A stretch of 64,000 bases of DNA from Diadema antillarum. Lineage: Eukaryota. Below, piece by piece: positions 47,887-61,200 of this stretch. Position 1 is the stretch's first letter. Every line of letters begins with the position of its first letter. The DNA is taken from NCBI RefSeq assembly GCF_040938485.1, contig NW_027271136.1, forward strand, positions 1 to 64,000, given 5' to 3'. The notes under the pieces are model-generated. The model was not told the origin of the DNA. It did no database searches and was given only the letters and a program-made list of their open reading frames with translations. A program made the translations under genes and the position numbers.

Positions 47887-50646
47887 TGCATGCATTTGAT
47901 GTATTTAGCATAAATCTAATAGAAATATAATGGCATAAAAGAGACAAGATGTCAAATTTTTCAGGACATGTTAGACTCGCCCAGGAAATCAGAGCTGTCT
48001 TTATGTGTATGAGTGTATCCTTGCAATCAGTCTGCCAATCAGATAGCAATTTTGCAATCGACTCTCATCAACTCCTTTGTGGCACAGATATATCTGTATG
48101 CCAGGTTGCACCAAGGCCCAGGGAAGAACGGTTATGAAAGCTGCCATTCAATGCGGAATCCTATGTCTGAATGTCTGGCCGGCGGGAAATTCTGGGAAAA
48201 ATTAATTTGTGACATTTGACGAGGCAATATGTTTGAAATGTCAGGACTGATTGACCTTTACCCACGCGTGTTGAATTGTGTGTGCGTGAATTTGTCGTGA
48301 AATATTATGTGGATGTACATTATATGCCTCATTCCCTTTCCGCAGTTCAGTGCTCCGTAACCAGTGCAGGGACAGGATTGAAAACCATCCTTTATTAATA
48401 ACCCTTTCTAGCCAGCAGCTTGAATTTGGAAAAAATTGTCATTGAGCACAGATGTCAATAGAGATTTTGTTGTTGCTGTTGGTGTTCTTAATCTTTTTCC
48501 ACAGCAGAGATTCTTAAAGTTCTGCGTCTTACAAGTCTTAAAGCTATATTTTTACACTGCCAGATAACTGGAGAGCTAGAATTATAATATGGAGAAGGCT
48601 ATGGGTAATATATTAATTTTTTTCATGTGACTTAAAATTACTTTCTACAGAAGTATGATGAGCTGGTTGTGATCCCCACGGCTCTTGATGAAAAGAGGAG
48701 GTTGGTTCTTAGTGAGCATCATGTGTTCTTCTGGAGTATCAAGATTGTCTGGGCCATTATTGCTCGTTATTGTTAGACCCGACCAGACAGCTAGAGGTTG
48801 ATATCCTAGTGGTAGCTCATGGTAGACCTACAAAGCAAGCATTTCTCCTGAGAGTCCCTTACCTGGAGTCCCTGTTGATTTCTACCAGCAACTTGATACA
48901 TCGCTATAAACACATTCAATATAATATCTATGCATCTATCTATACATATATTTAGATGCAGGTTGTATAAATCTATATTTAATCATATACATACATACAT
49001 AGATACATACATACACACATACACGCTCATATATCTTCTCTTGTCTGTCTTAAACCCTTTGTACCAGTAAAGGTTTGTGAGTTCATATGGCCATTCAGTT
49101 GATAACATATCATGTACAATTGCACTTATGAATAGATTTCTTAAAAGCTATACAGATCATTATATTTGAGTGTAGGCCTGCATGAAAGTCCAACAATGAT
49201 GTTGCTTTTTGTAAGATACAGAAATGAGTAGGGACATATTTCCTGTTTGCAGACAGGGTTGAAGGTCAATTGTCAGGGTTGGTGGTAATGCTCAATGAAC
49301 TTCAAATTTGGAATAAAGGTTCATGTACTTATGGCAGAATTGTGAATACATGAGGAAACAAGAGGTATCCCAGTTGACTTAAGGCTGCAGTCTGTTCGCC
49401 CCAGTTATGAGGGGAAGTTCATTCCAGTGTATCCACTTTGTATGTTAACTAATGCCAGCAAAGCTATGCTAAGCAACCACATGAAACATAAGTATGTTTT
49501 ATATACAAATATTTGTGCACCCCTGGACATGTGTTTTCCCAGTCAGCCCTAAGTGATGTTTAGCTGATGTTTGTACAAATATTCTATTCCAGTGTTGTAA
49601 TGGAGAGCCACCCTTTCTGTCTTAATGTGGTGTGTGTGTGTGTGGGAAGGGGAGAGGGGAGGGGAGTGGAGGAAGAGGGCTAGGAAAACAGCACTCTTGT
49701 CTTACAAGGTGCAGCAAATAAAATTGTTCTCCATATGAAGGAACACAATGACACAATGATGGTTGAAAAAGAGTTTGATTTTGAATGCATATGTGCTGTC
49801 TTGTGGAGGCATTTTCATGCATTTTAAAGATTTACTTCCAGAGCGATCTCAGTTCAATTTATTTGTTGCATGAGCTAATGTGCAAAAGAAAAGTTGATGC
49901 AGTCAGAGATTAGAGACAGACCGAATAGTTTGCCGAGATGGAATGAAGTAAATTGAGGTTGTGAGGTCAAGCATGATCATGGTCTTAGTTCATGTCATAG
50001 TGGGGTTTATAACTCACACGCACCTTCATAGCAGATGGAAAATGATTCCTATTAAGTGATTATTGCTGGGATGAAACAGAGCAGCCATCTCTTTTTCTTT
50101 CTTTTTTTTTGTTGTCATTTCAGTAATATAGATAGCTGTATTCTATTATTTTTGTCCTATTGTGGGTTTTTGTTGTTGTTTTTTTCCCAGCAGCTGTAAC
50201 TAAAGTTGCGGTGCTTCATCATTTGAAATCAATAAGAGTTTATGAAATGACGTTATCCTGAAATAAATCATGTTTACATTCGCCCAAACAGATGTATGCT
50301 TGATATTGTCTTGGCAATCATTTCAAAGCATTCATTGGTTGATATATTTAGGAGCATAATTCCCCCCCCCCCCCCCCCCCCACCCGGCCTGATACAAGTA
50401 TAGAATTACACTTTCAGTTGTTTTTCATTGTGAGAATAACCATATCTTGCAGAAAACAATATAAGTCAACCTCAAAGTAAAGCTGTTTATGCTGACCGGT
50501 ATCATGGTAACAACATGAAATGTTTTTTGTTGTAGCATAGACATGTCTTGATGCTATTCATAGATTTTATGCTTCCTTGTGGGAAGACGTAAATGCTCAG
50601 TTGCTGTGAGTGTAGGTGCCAGTATATATTTGTTTATAAATTCAGT

Positions 50647-50702
50647 AAATAGATAGTAAATAGATAGATATAGATAGATAGATAGATAGAAAGATAGATA
50701 GG

Positions 50703-50746
<44 letters not shown>

Positions 50747-50762
50747 GATAGACACAGTAGAT
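50647..50762. repeat. (AGAT)n microsatellite
   Basis: Direct reading. Confidence 0.93.
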
Positions 50763-50777
50763 ACAGTCGTGGATGGA

Positions 50778-50853
50778 TAGATAATAGGGGGGTTGAGAGA
50801 GAAGGAGAGATACATAGATAATAGGGGGGTTGAGAGAGAAGGAGAGATACATA
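50778..50853. repeat. 37-bp tandem duplication
   Basis: TAGATAATAGGGGGGTTGAGAGAGAAGGAGAGATACA occurs twice. Confidence 0.92.
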
Positions 50854-51021
50854 TTGTAAAGCAAGAAATATTCATGGCATGAAATTTTTGCTTAAATGCC
50901 ACTGGCATTTAATGCATATAGTGTAAACAAGAACTTTCGCATTCATTTAAATTTTGCGAATCTTGGCTCATGCGAAATTTGCGAAGTTAAAATGCACGTG
51001 GACATTTTGGGTTTTACAGTA
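50852..51021. mobile_element. Degenerate copy of the CTGTAAAA/TTTTACAG MITE family
   Basis: TATTGTAAAGC start and GTTTTACAGTA end. Shares AAAATGCACG and TTTGCGAA motifs with 23831..24043. Confidence 0.5.
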
Positions 51022-51413
51022 TACTGACTTATTCTGAACTATTGACATCCCACAAGCTGTAATGAACTCTGAATACCTTCAAACATGTCTCACTCTTGTA
51101 ACGTGGATCTGTGATTCTCCTGCCGCTTTCACATTTGTTTTTTCACACTAAAAATTTGTGCCAGTGTTTCAACAAGACAATGCCTGGCTGTAACTCCTGA
51201 ACAGTCCTGGAAGAAATGCATTCACACTGCTTTCATTCTTTTCGAACAACTCCGATGCAGTCTCGTGATAGCGCAGTCATACTGAAGAACATTGAGCCGG
51301 CACTAAAGCTCATGTTCTGTTTACGCTTATTCATTGCCTCTAGTCGCTTGGGGGCATTGTGTGCAGGAATAGAAATAATTGCCTGCACAATTAAAATATA
51401 ATATTCTAATCGA

Positions 51414-51416
<3 letters not shown>

Positions 51417-51449
<33 letters not shown>

Positions 51450-52987
51450 ATTGCGATCGCTCTTCGTCCGGCGTCCGTCGTGTGTCGTGCGTAAACTTTT
51501 ACATTTTCATCTTCTTCTTGAGAACCCCATGACCGATTTTCACCAAACTTGGCAGGTAGCATCCCTAGGGGGGTAGGATCTCAATTTGTTCAAGTGGGCT
51601 CTATGCCCCACCTGGGGGGCCCCCAGAGGGGCCCCAAATCCCCCAAAATTAAGGAATCTTCAAAAATCTTCTTCTCTAGAACCAGAAGTGATAGAGCTAA
51701 GTTGATACTATGAATTAGTGCAATGATGACTGCAGTTTCAAGTTTGTTCATGGCGGAATCAGGGGTGCCCCCCTTGGGACCCAGGGGAGGGTTCCTAATG
51801 GGGCCCAAATTGTACATTTTCATCTTTTTCTTGAAAATGCCATTATGAATTTTCACTAAAGTTGGCAGGTAGCATCCCTAGGGGGAAAGAATCTCATTCC
51901 CATCAAATGGGCACCATGCCCCACCTAGGGGGCCTCATGGGGCCTAAATTTGGACTGAAATTGTAAATTTTCACCTTTTTCTTGAAAACCTTATCACTAA
52001 TTTTCACCAAACTTGACAGGTAGCATCCCTAGGGGGAATAGAATCTCAATTCCATCAAATGGGCACCATGCCCCTGTAAGGAATCTTTACAGATTTTCTC
52101 TAGAACTGGAAGTGATTGAGCTAAGTTAATACAATGAGTCAGTATATTGATGACTGTTGTTTCAAGTTTGTTTTTGGGAGAATCAGGGGTCAAATCATGA
52201 AATTGTATCCGTTTACGCGAGATAGCTCAAGACTGGATCAAGCAAATTTCACCAAACTTGGTCCAAGGATGAAGTATGATGGGGCAATTAGTTGAGTAGT
52301 TTTTTAGTGAAATTGACAAGAGGTCAAAGGTCAAAAGGTCAAGGTCAAATGCTAAAAATGTTGCTATTTCCCCCATATCTATGCAATGCCCAAAGGTATT
52401 TTCTTGAAACTTAGTGTAGACATGTACCCATGCGTAAAGATTCTCCAGAGAGTTTCATGTCATATGGTCAAAGGTCGAAAGGTCAAAGGTCAGGTGACTT
52501 AGTGTTACAATTTCACTTTTCTTGCAAATGGTTCAATGTACAATGTATCTTCATGGAACTTGGTACACACGCATGCACTGACTGGTAGGGATTATCTAGG
52601 GAATTTAGGGGTCATGGGTCAATAGCCAGGGGGCCAAAGGTCAAGGTCAATTCCTCAAAATTCACTATTTATTTTATACTGTAATTACACTTTCTCTTCA
52701 TACCTTGAAAATTACTCAGTGCATAAATTTTATGTAAGGGTCAGTCAAAAGTCGAGTAAAAATCCTCAATTCCCCAAATACATGTACCTGCACTCTTATA
52801 CAAATATAGCAAACCACAGTTCAAGGATAGTGAACATTCAAGACATTTCTGACAAACCTGTCATTTCGATATTTTGCCAGCTATGTGAAACTATCACCAC
52901 ACATTGTGAAGACATTGTGCTATACACTTATTGGGAGAATCATGCATTATGGCGGAAGCATACCAGTCGCCATAACGACATTTCTAG
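51417..52987 (+). mobile_element. Long Helentron-type (HINE/DINE-like) composite with an internal repeat array
   Basis: 5' end TT-AGCTCAC-C-TGAGCCGAAGGCTCA-A-GTGAGCT nested hairpin followed by CGTCC repeats. Internal repeats TCACCAAACTTG(G)CAGGTAGCATCCCTAGGGGG and GGTCAAAGGTCA. 3' end GGCGGAAGCATA...GTCGCCATAACGAC...CTAG|TT. Confidence 0.68.
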
Positions 52988-55129
52988 TTCTGTCTGCATT
53001 TTCTTTCATGATACAAAACGCTGAAAATGAAATGTTTCCAGTTAGGGGTCACTATGGGTGTGGTGCAGTGAGATTGTTGATGATTCCAAACACCAGTTGC
53101 TTGAGAAAGACTCCTCGGCGAAATAGGGCGAGATGCAGCCATGAATAAGTTTTCATCAGGTTTTGTCTACAGGTGTATCCACATGTTACATCAATGCTAC
53201 TGCTCTCTTTGTGTCCCTTCCTCTTCATCATTATGTGCTACAAGATTATCAGACTGTCAGGAAATAAGCCCTTGCCTAATTGAATCATTCTCGCAGAAGC
53301 GCCAGTCGCTAATTGTATTACTGACACTTTGCACCCTTACCCAAGTCTTGAATGTGCTATCTCTCTATTGATTGACAGATGAGATGTGTTCATCAATTAA
53401 TTTGTGTAATAATGGCAGGCACTTCTGATGGGTGATGTTGTAATAATTATATGCACAAATTAGCCATATTCAATGGCTGCAGCGTAAGGAAGGATCCAAG
53501 CTTTGTTTGCTTATGGTCATGTGGTTGTAATAACAAGTAGAAAAGCCTTTCGTTCCAATTGGACAGTGTGTCGTAAGATTGATTTCCAACTTCAGTTAAA
53601 TATTCACTTCTGAATGAGGCTGCCTCCATAGCCCTAGGTATATGTAGCTAAAGTTTGGCTATTAAGTGCCACTACTGCTTCTATTCACATTAAAAAGAAA
53701 TGTGGCAAGGATGGTAGTAATGATAGTAAAAAGAACGAGAGAGAAAAAAGAAGAGTAGAAGGAAGAGAAGAAGGAGCAAAGAGGACTCAGACTTGTAGTC
53801 CCACCGTCCATGTTTGCTCTTCATGACCAAGTCCTTTTCTTCCATCAGTGTCTTCAATTTCCTACTTTTTTTTTTTTTCAGTTCTCCATACTCCTAGTTT
53901 CCAGTGATACATGATTGGTTTCACTTATGATTGCAAAACCAGCCATGCAACAATAACACAAAAAGGGGGAAAAGGAGAAAGCTGGTTTCTGGACAATCAC
54001 CAAGCTTGCATGTAGGAATTTAAATGCAATTTATTGATTTCAGAACACCTTTGTTATAATGCCTCATGAAAATTCATGTCTAAGCAGTTTGTAACTTGAA
54101 CTGATGTGAAGTAGTGGAAATATGACATTTTCTGTTTTCGAACAAATACCAACTATCTTTATATCTTTAGGTAGTGTATCACGCAGTGATTATGATGCAA
54201 AGTCATGCAATACATTATTTTTTCAAGATTAATGGAAAGTATGTGGCCATGGTAACAGCACATCATATCCCCCAATTCTGAAGAAAAAAAAATCTGAGAT
54301 AATCTATCCAGTTTTGAAGTGATTTAAAAGAAATCTGGCACACAGATGATGTCAGTTTAGCAATGTTGTACTCATCATTTACAATATATACAAAGTTACT
54401 GTTGGCACTAAATCACCTTCAGTAATGTTTCTTCAAGTTGTCGCTGGATTCCCATACAGTATGAGGTTATTCCTTGCAGCCGAACAAAAAATTTGCAAAT
54501 AGCCACGAAAAGCTACAGTGCTGTATCAGTTAAGTCACAGCCATATGCGTGTAGCAGGCTGCTGAGCTGATTGTGCATACTCATGATGTTGGTATATAAA
54601 CTCACAATTCTGTCAAGTGCAGTACATGGTTTTAGTTGGGGTTTTTTTGTTGGTGTTGGAATGGTTAAATATTGGCAATTTGATGTAGCGATATTTCAGG
54701 ATGAGAGTGTGCCCTGGGACTGATTGAGCACCTGTCTCCCATCCAAGGGCAGTCCCGTGGGCCTCTCACTCGCTTCGTGGCCCAGATACCAAGATGAGCT
54801 CAGTTCCCTGATGAACCTAGGGCAGAGACTGGAATATTCAGTGTCTAGGCAGGTATCAACTGGATGCAGTTTTGGGTGCCATTATCTGTGGGTACTAAAG
54901 AATGTGAGCAAATTGTGAAAGGAAAAAAAAAGAAATGAAAGGGAAAGAAGGGAACAGTACAAAATATTAAAAGAAAATAAATCACAAGCAAAAAGGCACA
55001 GAGACACAAACAAGAAACAAACAACAAAATAAGAAAAATAACAAAGTTTTTTATGACAGATGAAAGGGTTTTTGTCCATGTATAATCTCTCAGTGCCTAC
55101 CTCTGTCATTCTTCCATCTTGTTCTGTAG

Positions 55130-55295
55130 GACCTGGAGGTAACTGGTGATAAAGATGACAGCCGCTCTCTGCAGGTCACCGTCCACAAGCGCTCGACGGC
55201 ATCACCCCACGCCAAGCCCGTGCCCCTCCTGGCCGCCCGCTTCCAGTTCGATGACCACATCAGGTGCATGGCAGCCAAGCAGCGGCTGACCAAAG
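55130..55295 (+). CDS. CLEC16A: CLEC16A next coding exon
   Basis: Pyrimidine tract plus TAG|G acceptor. Translates DLEVTGDKDDSRSLQVTVHKRSTASPHAKPVPLLAARFQFDDHIRCMAAKQRLTK(G), continuing the CLEC16A motif (D.EVTG..DDSR.L...H; F.DHIRC..AKQRL.KG). Phase 0 start matches the previous exon. Donor AAG|GTGAGG, phase 1. Confidence 0.95.
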
Positions 55296-58200
55296 GTGAG
55301 GATTTGTGATGACGTCCAATGAGAATCCACCTAGTATGACATGTGCTTCTATCAGTCACGTGACCTCCCTGTCATGCACATCCTTGTTAATTTTCATATC
55401 ACATGCCTTTGATGGCTGGGCTGTATGTTATAAGGCGAGATGTCTGGGTATTTTGTCTGTCCATGTGTATTTCATCCTGTTAATTTTTTTTTCTTGAGTG
55501 CCAGATGTTACCTGGAAACTGCCCAATGAAACAATCATAGTATGTTGTTGGTAGTATTATGAAGAACTTGTCTAGGTGAAGAGATTCACTAGGTGAATAG
55601 TGTTTTCATGCTTTGAATTCTAATTTATTCCCGAAACTCATAAAAGTATGATATCAATTCAAGAACACAATGATACCAAATGGTAGGGAGGCATGGAAAG
55701 CTCAGAGATATATGAAATATGAATTTCAAATATTGTAGCCCACCTTGTCCAAACTTAAGGACTCTTCCACAATCCCCTATCTCCAACAATGCTTATTGAA
55801 AGGTTAAAACATTGAATGTTATGACACAAAATGTTGCGTGTTAATTTGTAAAAGACTTAATTTTCATCCTCCCTCCCACCCTTTCTTCCTTCGTGTATCT
55901 TTACTCCTCCGCCATCTCCCACCATCCTGGCATGGCCATTGCTGTGGGCAGCCCAGTGGCAAGAGCGGGGCAAGTAGCCCCAGTCCTGCAAGGTAGGAAA
56001 CATACAACACAATATGATGATAATAATTTTTAAAAAAAGTGATTACAGTGTAGTGGTCATAGTGAAGATGATGATAATAGCAATACATTGCAGTAGCAAT
56101 AGCATTAGTTGTGAATAATGCAGCCTGTAGAAGCAGCAGCCGTAGAAGCTAAAGCAGTACAAACAATTAAGATGATATTTTAGAAAAATAGATATGTGAT
56201 GCCATGTTGTGAGTATCCCCACTCCAATTCTCAGCACTCTCGCTTGTTTAATTGAATTTAAGATGATAGTAATTGGATCGTTCGCGGACACGTTCTTGAA
56301 GATGCACGTGCACAAAGTCTAAGAAGGCAAATTAGAGTCTGCCATTTGGCGAGAGGATAGTGTTTGCATTATTTCTGGGAAGGCAAATGAGAGTACATTT
56401 AGTTTAGAATCGTGTAAGCTTTAGATTTCATAGCCGTCCAAGCATTCCAAGAATTTTTTTTTTTTTCCAATTTGTGTTTGGTCCTAAGCTTTTCATAGAA
56501 AGCCAGAGAGAAATCTTATCCATGGAAGCGAAGACGAAAGAAAACACAGAGGAATAAGAGAGAGGGAGTGAGAAGAAATATATGCTTGTTTTTTTTTTTT
56601 GTGGTTGATATGAGATAGGAAGAAAAAAAAGCAAAACAAGAGGGAAATAGAGAGAGAGAGAGTAAATGTGAAAGTTTTTGTTTAGATACGCTCTAAGGAG
56701 AAAGGATAGGGAAAGAGCAGAAGACATATTTACTCAATAGTATGATTTCAGTGCTATTCCCAGAATAGTGCCATGCCAGATTCCAAGTATGGCAATTATT
56801 GCAAACAACCCTGCTGCTCATTTAGGGCGCAGCGTCTGTTAATATATTATACCGGTATAATATGAGAAAGGCGACAGTGAAAGCGATAAATGCATGAGAA
56901 GAAAAAAGGGGGGAAAAAACAGTGAGAGAGATTTGCAGAACTGAGAAAGGAAGAGTGAGCATATTTGCTTGGATATATACTAATGAAACAGAAGATTTGT
57001 GTAGAGAGTTGGGAGAGAGAAGATGAATTGTATACAGAACTGATGGGGCACAAGGTATGCTTAATTTTGTCTCTGCAAGATTCCAGGTTGCTCAGATCAG
57101 GCAATTAGCAAGAGGCTAATACAATACCACCCCCCTCCTTTTCCCCATATCTTAGATATGAGGAATGGAGGTGATCATCAAAGCTTGGGGGGGGGGGGGA
57201 TAGAAGAGATAAAGTGAAACAGAGACAGACAAATTAGATACAGAAAGATGAGCTACTCAAACAAAGGATATTTTACCTTTGATCCAGCTCTGTCGTCTTT
57301 CCTATCTCTACCATAGTATCTCCATCTCAACCTCCCCCTGCATTTCCCTCTCTCCTTTCCCCTCACTCTCCCTCTCTCTCTCTACTTTTATTCTCCTGCC
57401 ATGTATTCTGTCATCCCCACCACCCCTCCCCCCCCCCCTTGCTGGGGCCTCTGAGAGATGGTTTCCAAGAATCGGCTTCCCCTAAAGCTCCCAGGCCGTA
57501 GCCGCTCGTCTGCAATCAGGCAGGTGTGCCGAGGAGACTGACAGTCCACCTCCGCTCAGGCAGGTGATGCTCGTAGCTAGTCTCCTCCCGAAGCCGTCGC
57601 TCCACTGTCCTCAATACTCTACCACGCCCCTTTTTTCTCTCTGACTTTACTGATTACTGATTCAGGAGGCATGGGAGGTGTGCATTGCTATTGGCAAGTT
57701 AAACACACACTCACACACATACAGACATTTGTATTACCTATCCTGATCTCTCCATGAATGTTCCATTCTAGTGCTACCTCTCACTGTGTCACTTCCTCCC
57801 CCCCCCCCCCTTTGTGCCTTTGTATAATCTTTAATGTGACTGAAGAGCAGGTTGATTGAACTTTGGAGTTCAGGCAACATCTTGCTAATTGATGATGCAA
57901 AGATGTATGGGAGTTGAATCTTGAGAAAGAAGGGAATGCAGAACCTGAATCCCATCGCCATAAAAAAAGGCTGCAGTTAGCAAACAAGTTGTGCAGACGT
58001 GATGCATACCAGATCACGCGGGATGCTGAGGGAAAAAAAAAATCATTAAAAAAAGAGCTCCAGACTTGCTCCTTATTGGTTGAGAAACTTCTGACATCAC
58101 ACCTACAGCTCTTTGCTTGGCCAATCAGTTGATTGCAGTGCTCCCCGCCTCATCACCTGAAGAGAAAGAGAGGGAGAGAGAGACTAGATGCTGCATAGAG

Positions 58201-61200
58201 CTCTACATTTCTCACTATGTGCTGAGATGGACACATCTTAGTTGCCTGCATGTTTGTCTGTTTGGTTTTTTTTAAACTCTACTGGGTGTACAGACAAGAA
58301 CAAGTGCAGACGAAACACGTTTAGCAGAGAATAATAAGCAGAGAAACAAAGTGACAATGTTAGTGTGAAAGAAAATATATGCTGTTAATTGTGATTGAGT
58401 GAAGATGACTGCAATGAAAACTTAAATCATATGCATCATTTACAAAATATGTGACATTTGTATGCTGGCTCTGTGCGCACTAAATATCGATTTGCTGCAC
58501 AAATCCAGTTGTGTACATGACTAATTTCTACTGCCTTCTGATGCAGATGTGCTTCATCAAGTGGTTGTAATGTTCACCTCTTGTTGCCAAGGGAAGTAGT
58601 GAACTTCATACCAATGTTGGAGATAACATTGCAAAGTTTCATTATTCAGGGACAATATGAATTAGGTATTAAATGATGACACTTTTTCTCCCATGCACAC
58701 TCACACTCACATACACAAACACAAATATGTAAATATTTCTGCAGACGACTCAGGGATGTTTTTGTTGCTGTAGATATTGGTTTTTTATTGTTTGTTTTTG
58801 TTTTTTGCTGGAATCTAGAGGTAATATCCAAGAAATATAAAGGCTGACAGAGCATGTAGTTTTAGTCTGTAGAAAATCACATATAAAAAGTATGGTAGAC
58901 AAAGAGTCCTAGTGCTGAAATAGAGGGCACCAATAGAGAGTACAAGTCTCACTTGTTGTAGTTTTTACTGTGCAGTAAGCCAAAATCTTAATTTTCAAGG
59001 CCTTTGAAGACATCATGAAATAGATTGATTTGTTGGTAGCTACCAGGTGAAGGAATTGATTGGTAGTAGCTGGTTTGAGCAGCATACTGTATGCGAGGAT
59101 TCAAGCCCCTCTTAGTGTGGGGAATCATATGCGGCCAATAATGTTGAGGATGATGGTGGTGCGTGTTAGCGACAAGCCGACACTCAGGGGGTTGAGGGAG
59201 CAATTGCGTCAGCGTAAGTTGAACATGACATTCACACATCGAGTGAGCATGCCTCGGCGTGTTGTACATACCCCCCAAGGTCAGTGTGTGACCTTCGCAT
59301 GGAAAGGGAACACTTTTTTCCCCCTGCTTTGTTTGATTAATGTCGTAAATGCCTGCAAGATGCCGCCAGCATCCAGAAGTACCTGGAAGAAATGTTTGTT
59401 GAGGGTTCTCATTGCCACGGTACTCATTTTTCAGTGAATAAGGAAGAGTATCATTGTTTGTATCTGAAGAAGCATCAGGCATTTTTGTAGGAAAATTGCA
59501 GCATTAGTGGCATAAAGACGTGTGACATAGTCTGAAGACGGTAATCTTTTCACATGCACAAATGATTGTGTACTCCCCCACCCCCGTAGACCTAACTGCT
59601 AAATTAGCAATCTTCTCACTATGTGTGTGCATGAATGTTCTCCACAAAGGAAGGTCTCTAATGGAAGCCTGTACAGCTTCAGGTAAATTTCAATTGAAGA
59701 TGACATTTGACGTCTGAAAATTCTGTATCACATTACAGTTTACTCTGCTCAAAGGTATTTAATGGCTTTGAGAATTGAGTATGGCCCTGTGAGTTTATTC
59801 ATTTTCTCTGAGTGCTTGAGGCATTTTCCAGGTTCCACAACACACAGAAATAAACATTCGTGAGAAAACTAACATTTTGACGGCAGAATCAATGTTGTGT
59901 GCAATGTCGATATGAGTCATCATATTAGGCCCCAGGGTGTACTGCCTACTTTGGTTCACATTTGCTGATTTGTGAGTGGGGGCTTCTTATGCCTGGCTGT
60001 AGATTTTATGTTTTCTCAGTCTGTTCAGTACTCACCTTGAAAATGCACCCAAAGTTGTAATATTAAAATGCTGAACTGTGTCTGTGCTTGGTCCTGGTAA
60101 CCTTTGAAGCACTTACCATGCCTTTCTTGGATGTGTGATTCATTTGGAAAATTGCCAGGTAGGACTGTTACAATCCCCATGATAGCTGTAAGACAATGTC
60201 AGATGCAGGAAAAATGCAAATTTTTACCCAAGTTTAATGTGTGAAATGCAGTGGGGGGTAGGCAGGGATTTGTCTCAGAATATTTGCTTTATATTCCCCA
60301 GGCTGGTTAATATGTCTAGTGCTTTCCCCCTGTGATGATCGAGGCATATCGCATCATTTGAACGTGTGAGCAAGGGCATGTAAAGTGTCATGTTAGCAAT
60401 GCATTTTAAAAGATTGATTTGCTTGGTCTCGTTATGTAGCTCTCAAGCTAGATGATGTAGGGAAAGTCTTTTGTTATTTGATTGTGCCGCATTATGTAAT
60501 TTATATATGGATGCCTATACCATCTTTTTGTTATGACACATGTATGCAAATGAAATTGTGTGAAAATGTGGCAGGCTTACCACATGCACATCATTTCAGA
60601 ACACTGTTTTTCAAAGAGGCCCTTTATTTTGTTTGGCTCTTTTCTTTTAATAGAAGAAGGCCATGCATGTAGTAAACGAGGGGAACAAACTCCAGCCAAA
60701 TAAAAGTAATCAGTGAATTCACAACTGCAAGCTGATAATTTTTCTTGCTTTTCTGTTTTTTCATTAAATTTGTGTATGTGGTAAAATGTGCATGAGTCAG
60801 CCAGCATGCAGAGTTTGCTGTCCTATTATTAATGACAAACAAAGAAAAGCCCCAAGAGTTTCTTCTGTTATTTTTTGTCAGCACATTATGCATTCATCCT
60901 CAAGGACTTTCCAGGTAACTCGTGCCCAATGCGGGGAGCTGGAGGAGCTCCTTGAGGGTGTCCGTGCCAATTCAGTCAGAGCCTTTCAGCCGAGCGAGGT
61001 CACGTGACTTCTCTCGCTGCTTCTTTGCAGAGAAATGTCGTGGCACACGGCCGCATACATTATTCACACCCACAGAAAGAGGGTGCTACATTTTACCGCA
61101 AATGCATTCAATTCTATTTAGGAGCCGTCTCTTCTACAAACACAGAAGTAAAACAAAAACAAAGTGAATCACTAATCTTGCACAGTGTGGTGGTGCTGTA

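Larger units (their letters stand above)
1242..55129 (+). other. 53,888-bp GT-AG intron of CLEC16A
   Basis: GT at 1242 and AG at 55128-55129. The flanking exons join in frame as ...GPLQ|DLEV..., the contiguous CLEC16A sequence. Confidence 0.9.

Noticed and set aside
57495-57542. Candidate next CLEC16A exon (G|RSRSSAIRQ...)
   Set aside because: No pyrimidine tract, early stop, and no match to the expected GR..AR..KM..IA.LL. The next exon is probably beyond the window.
58988-59482. Overlapping 164-aa and 125-aa ORFs
   Set aside because: No motifs and no consistent exon boundaries. Compatible with chance in a GC-richer patch.
60915-60990. Coding-looking block (TRAQCGELEELLEGVRANS)
   Set aside because: In the phase needed after exon 55130..55295 it hits a stop. 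No recognisable family and weak splice signals.
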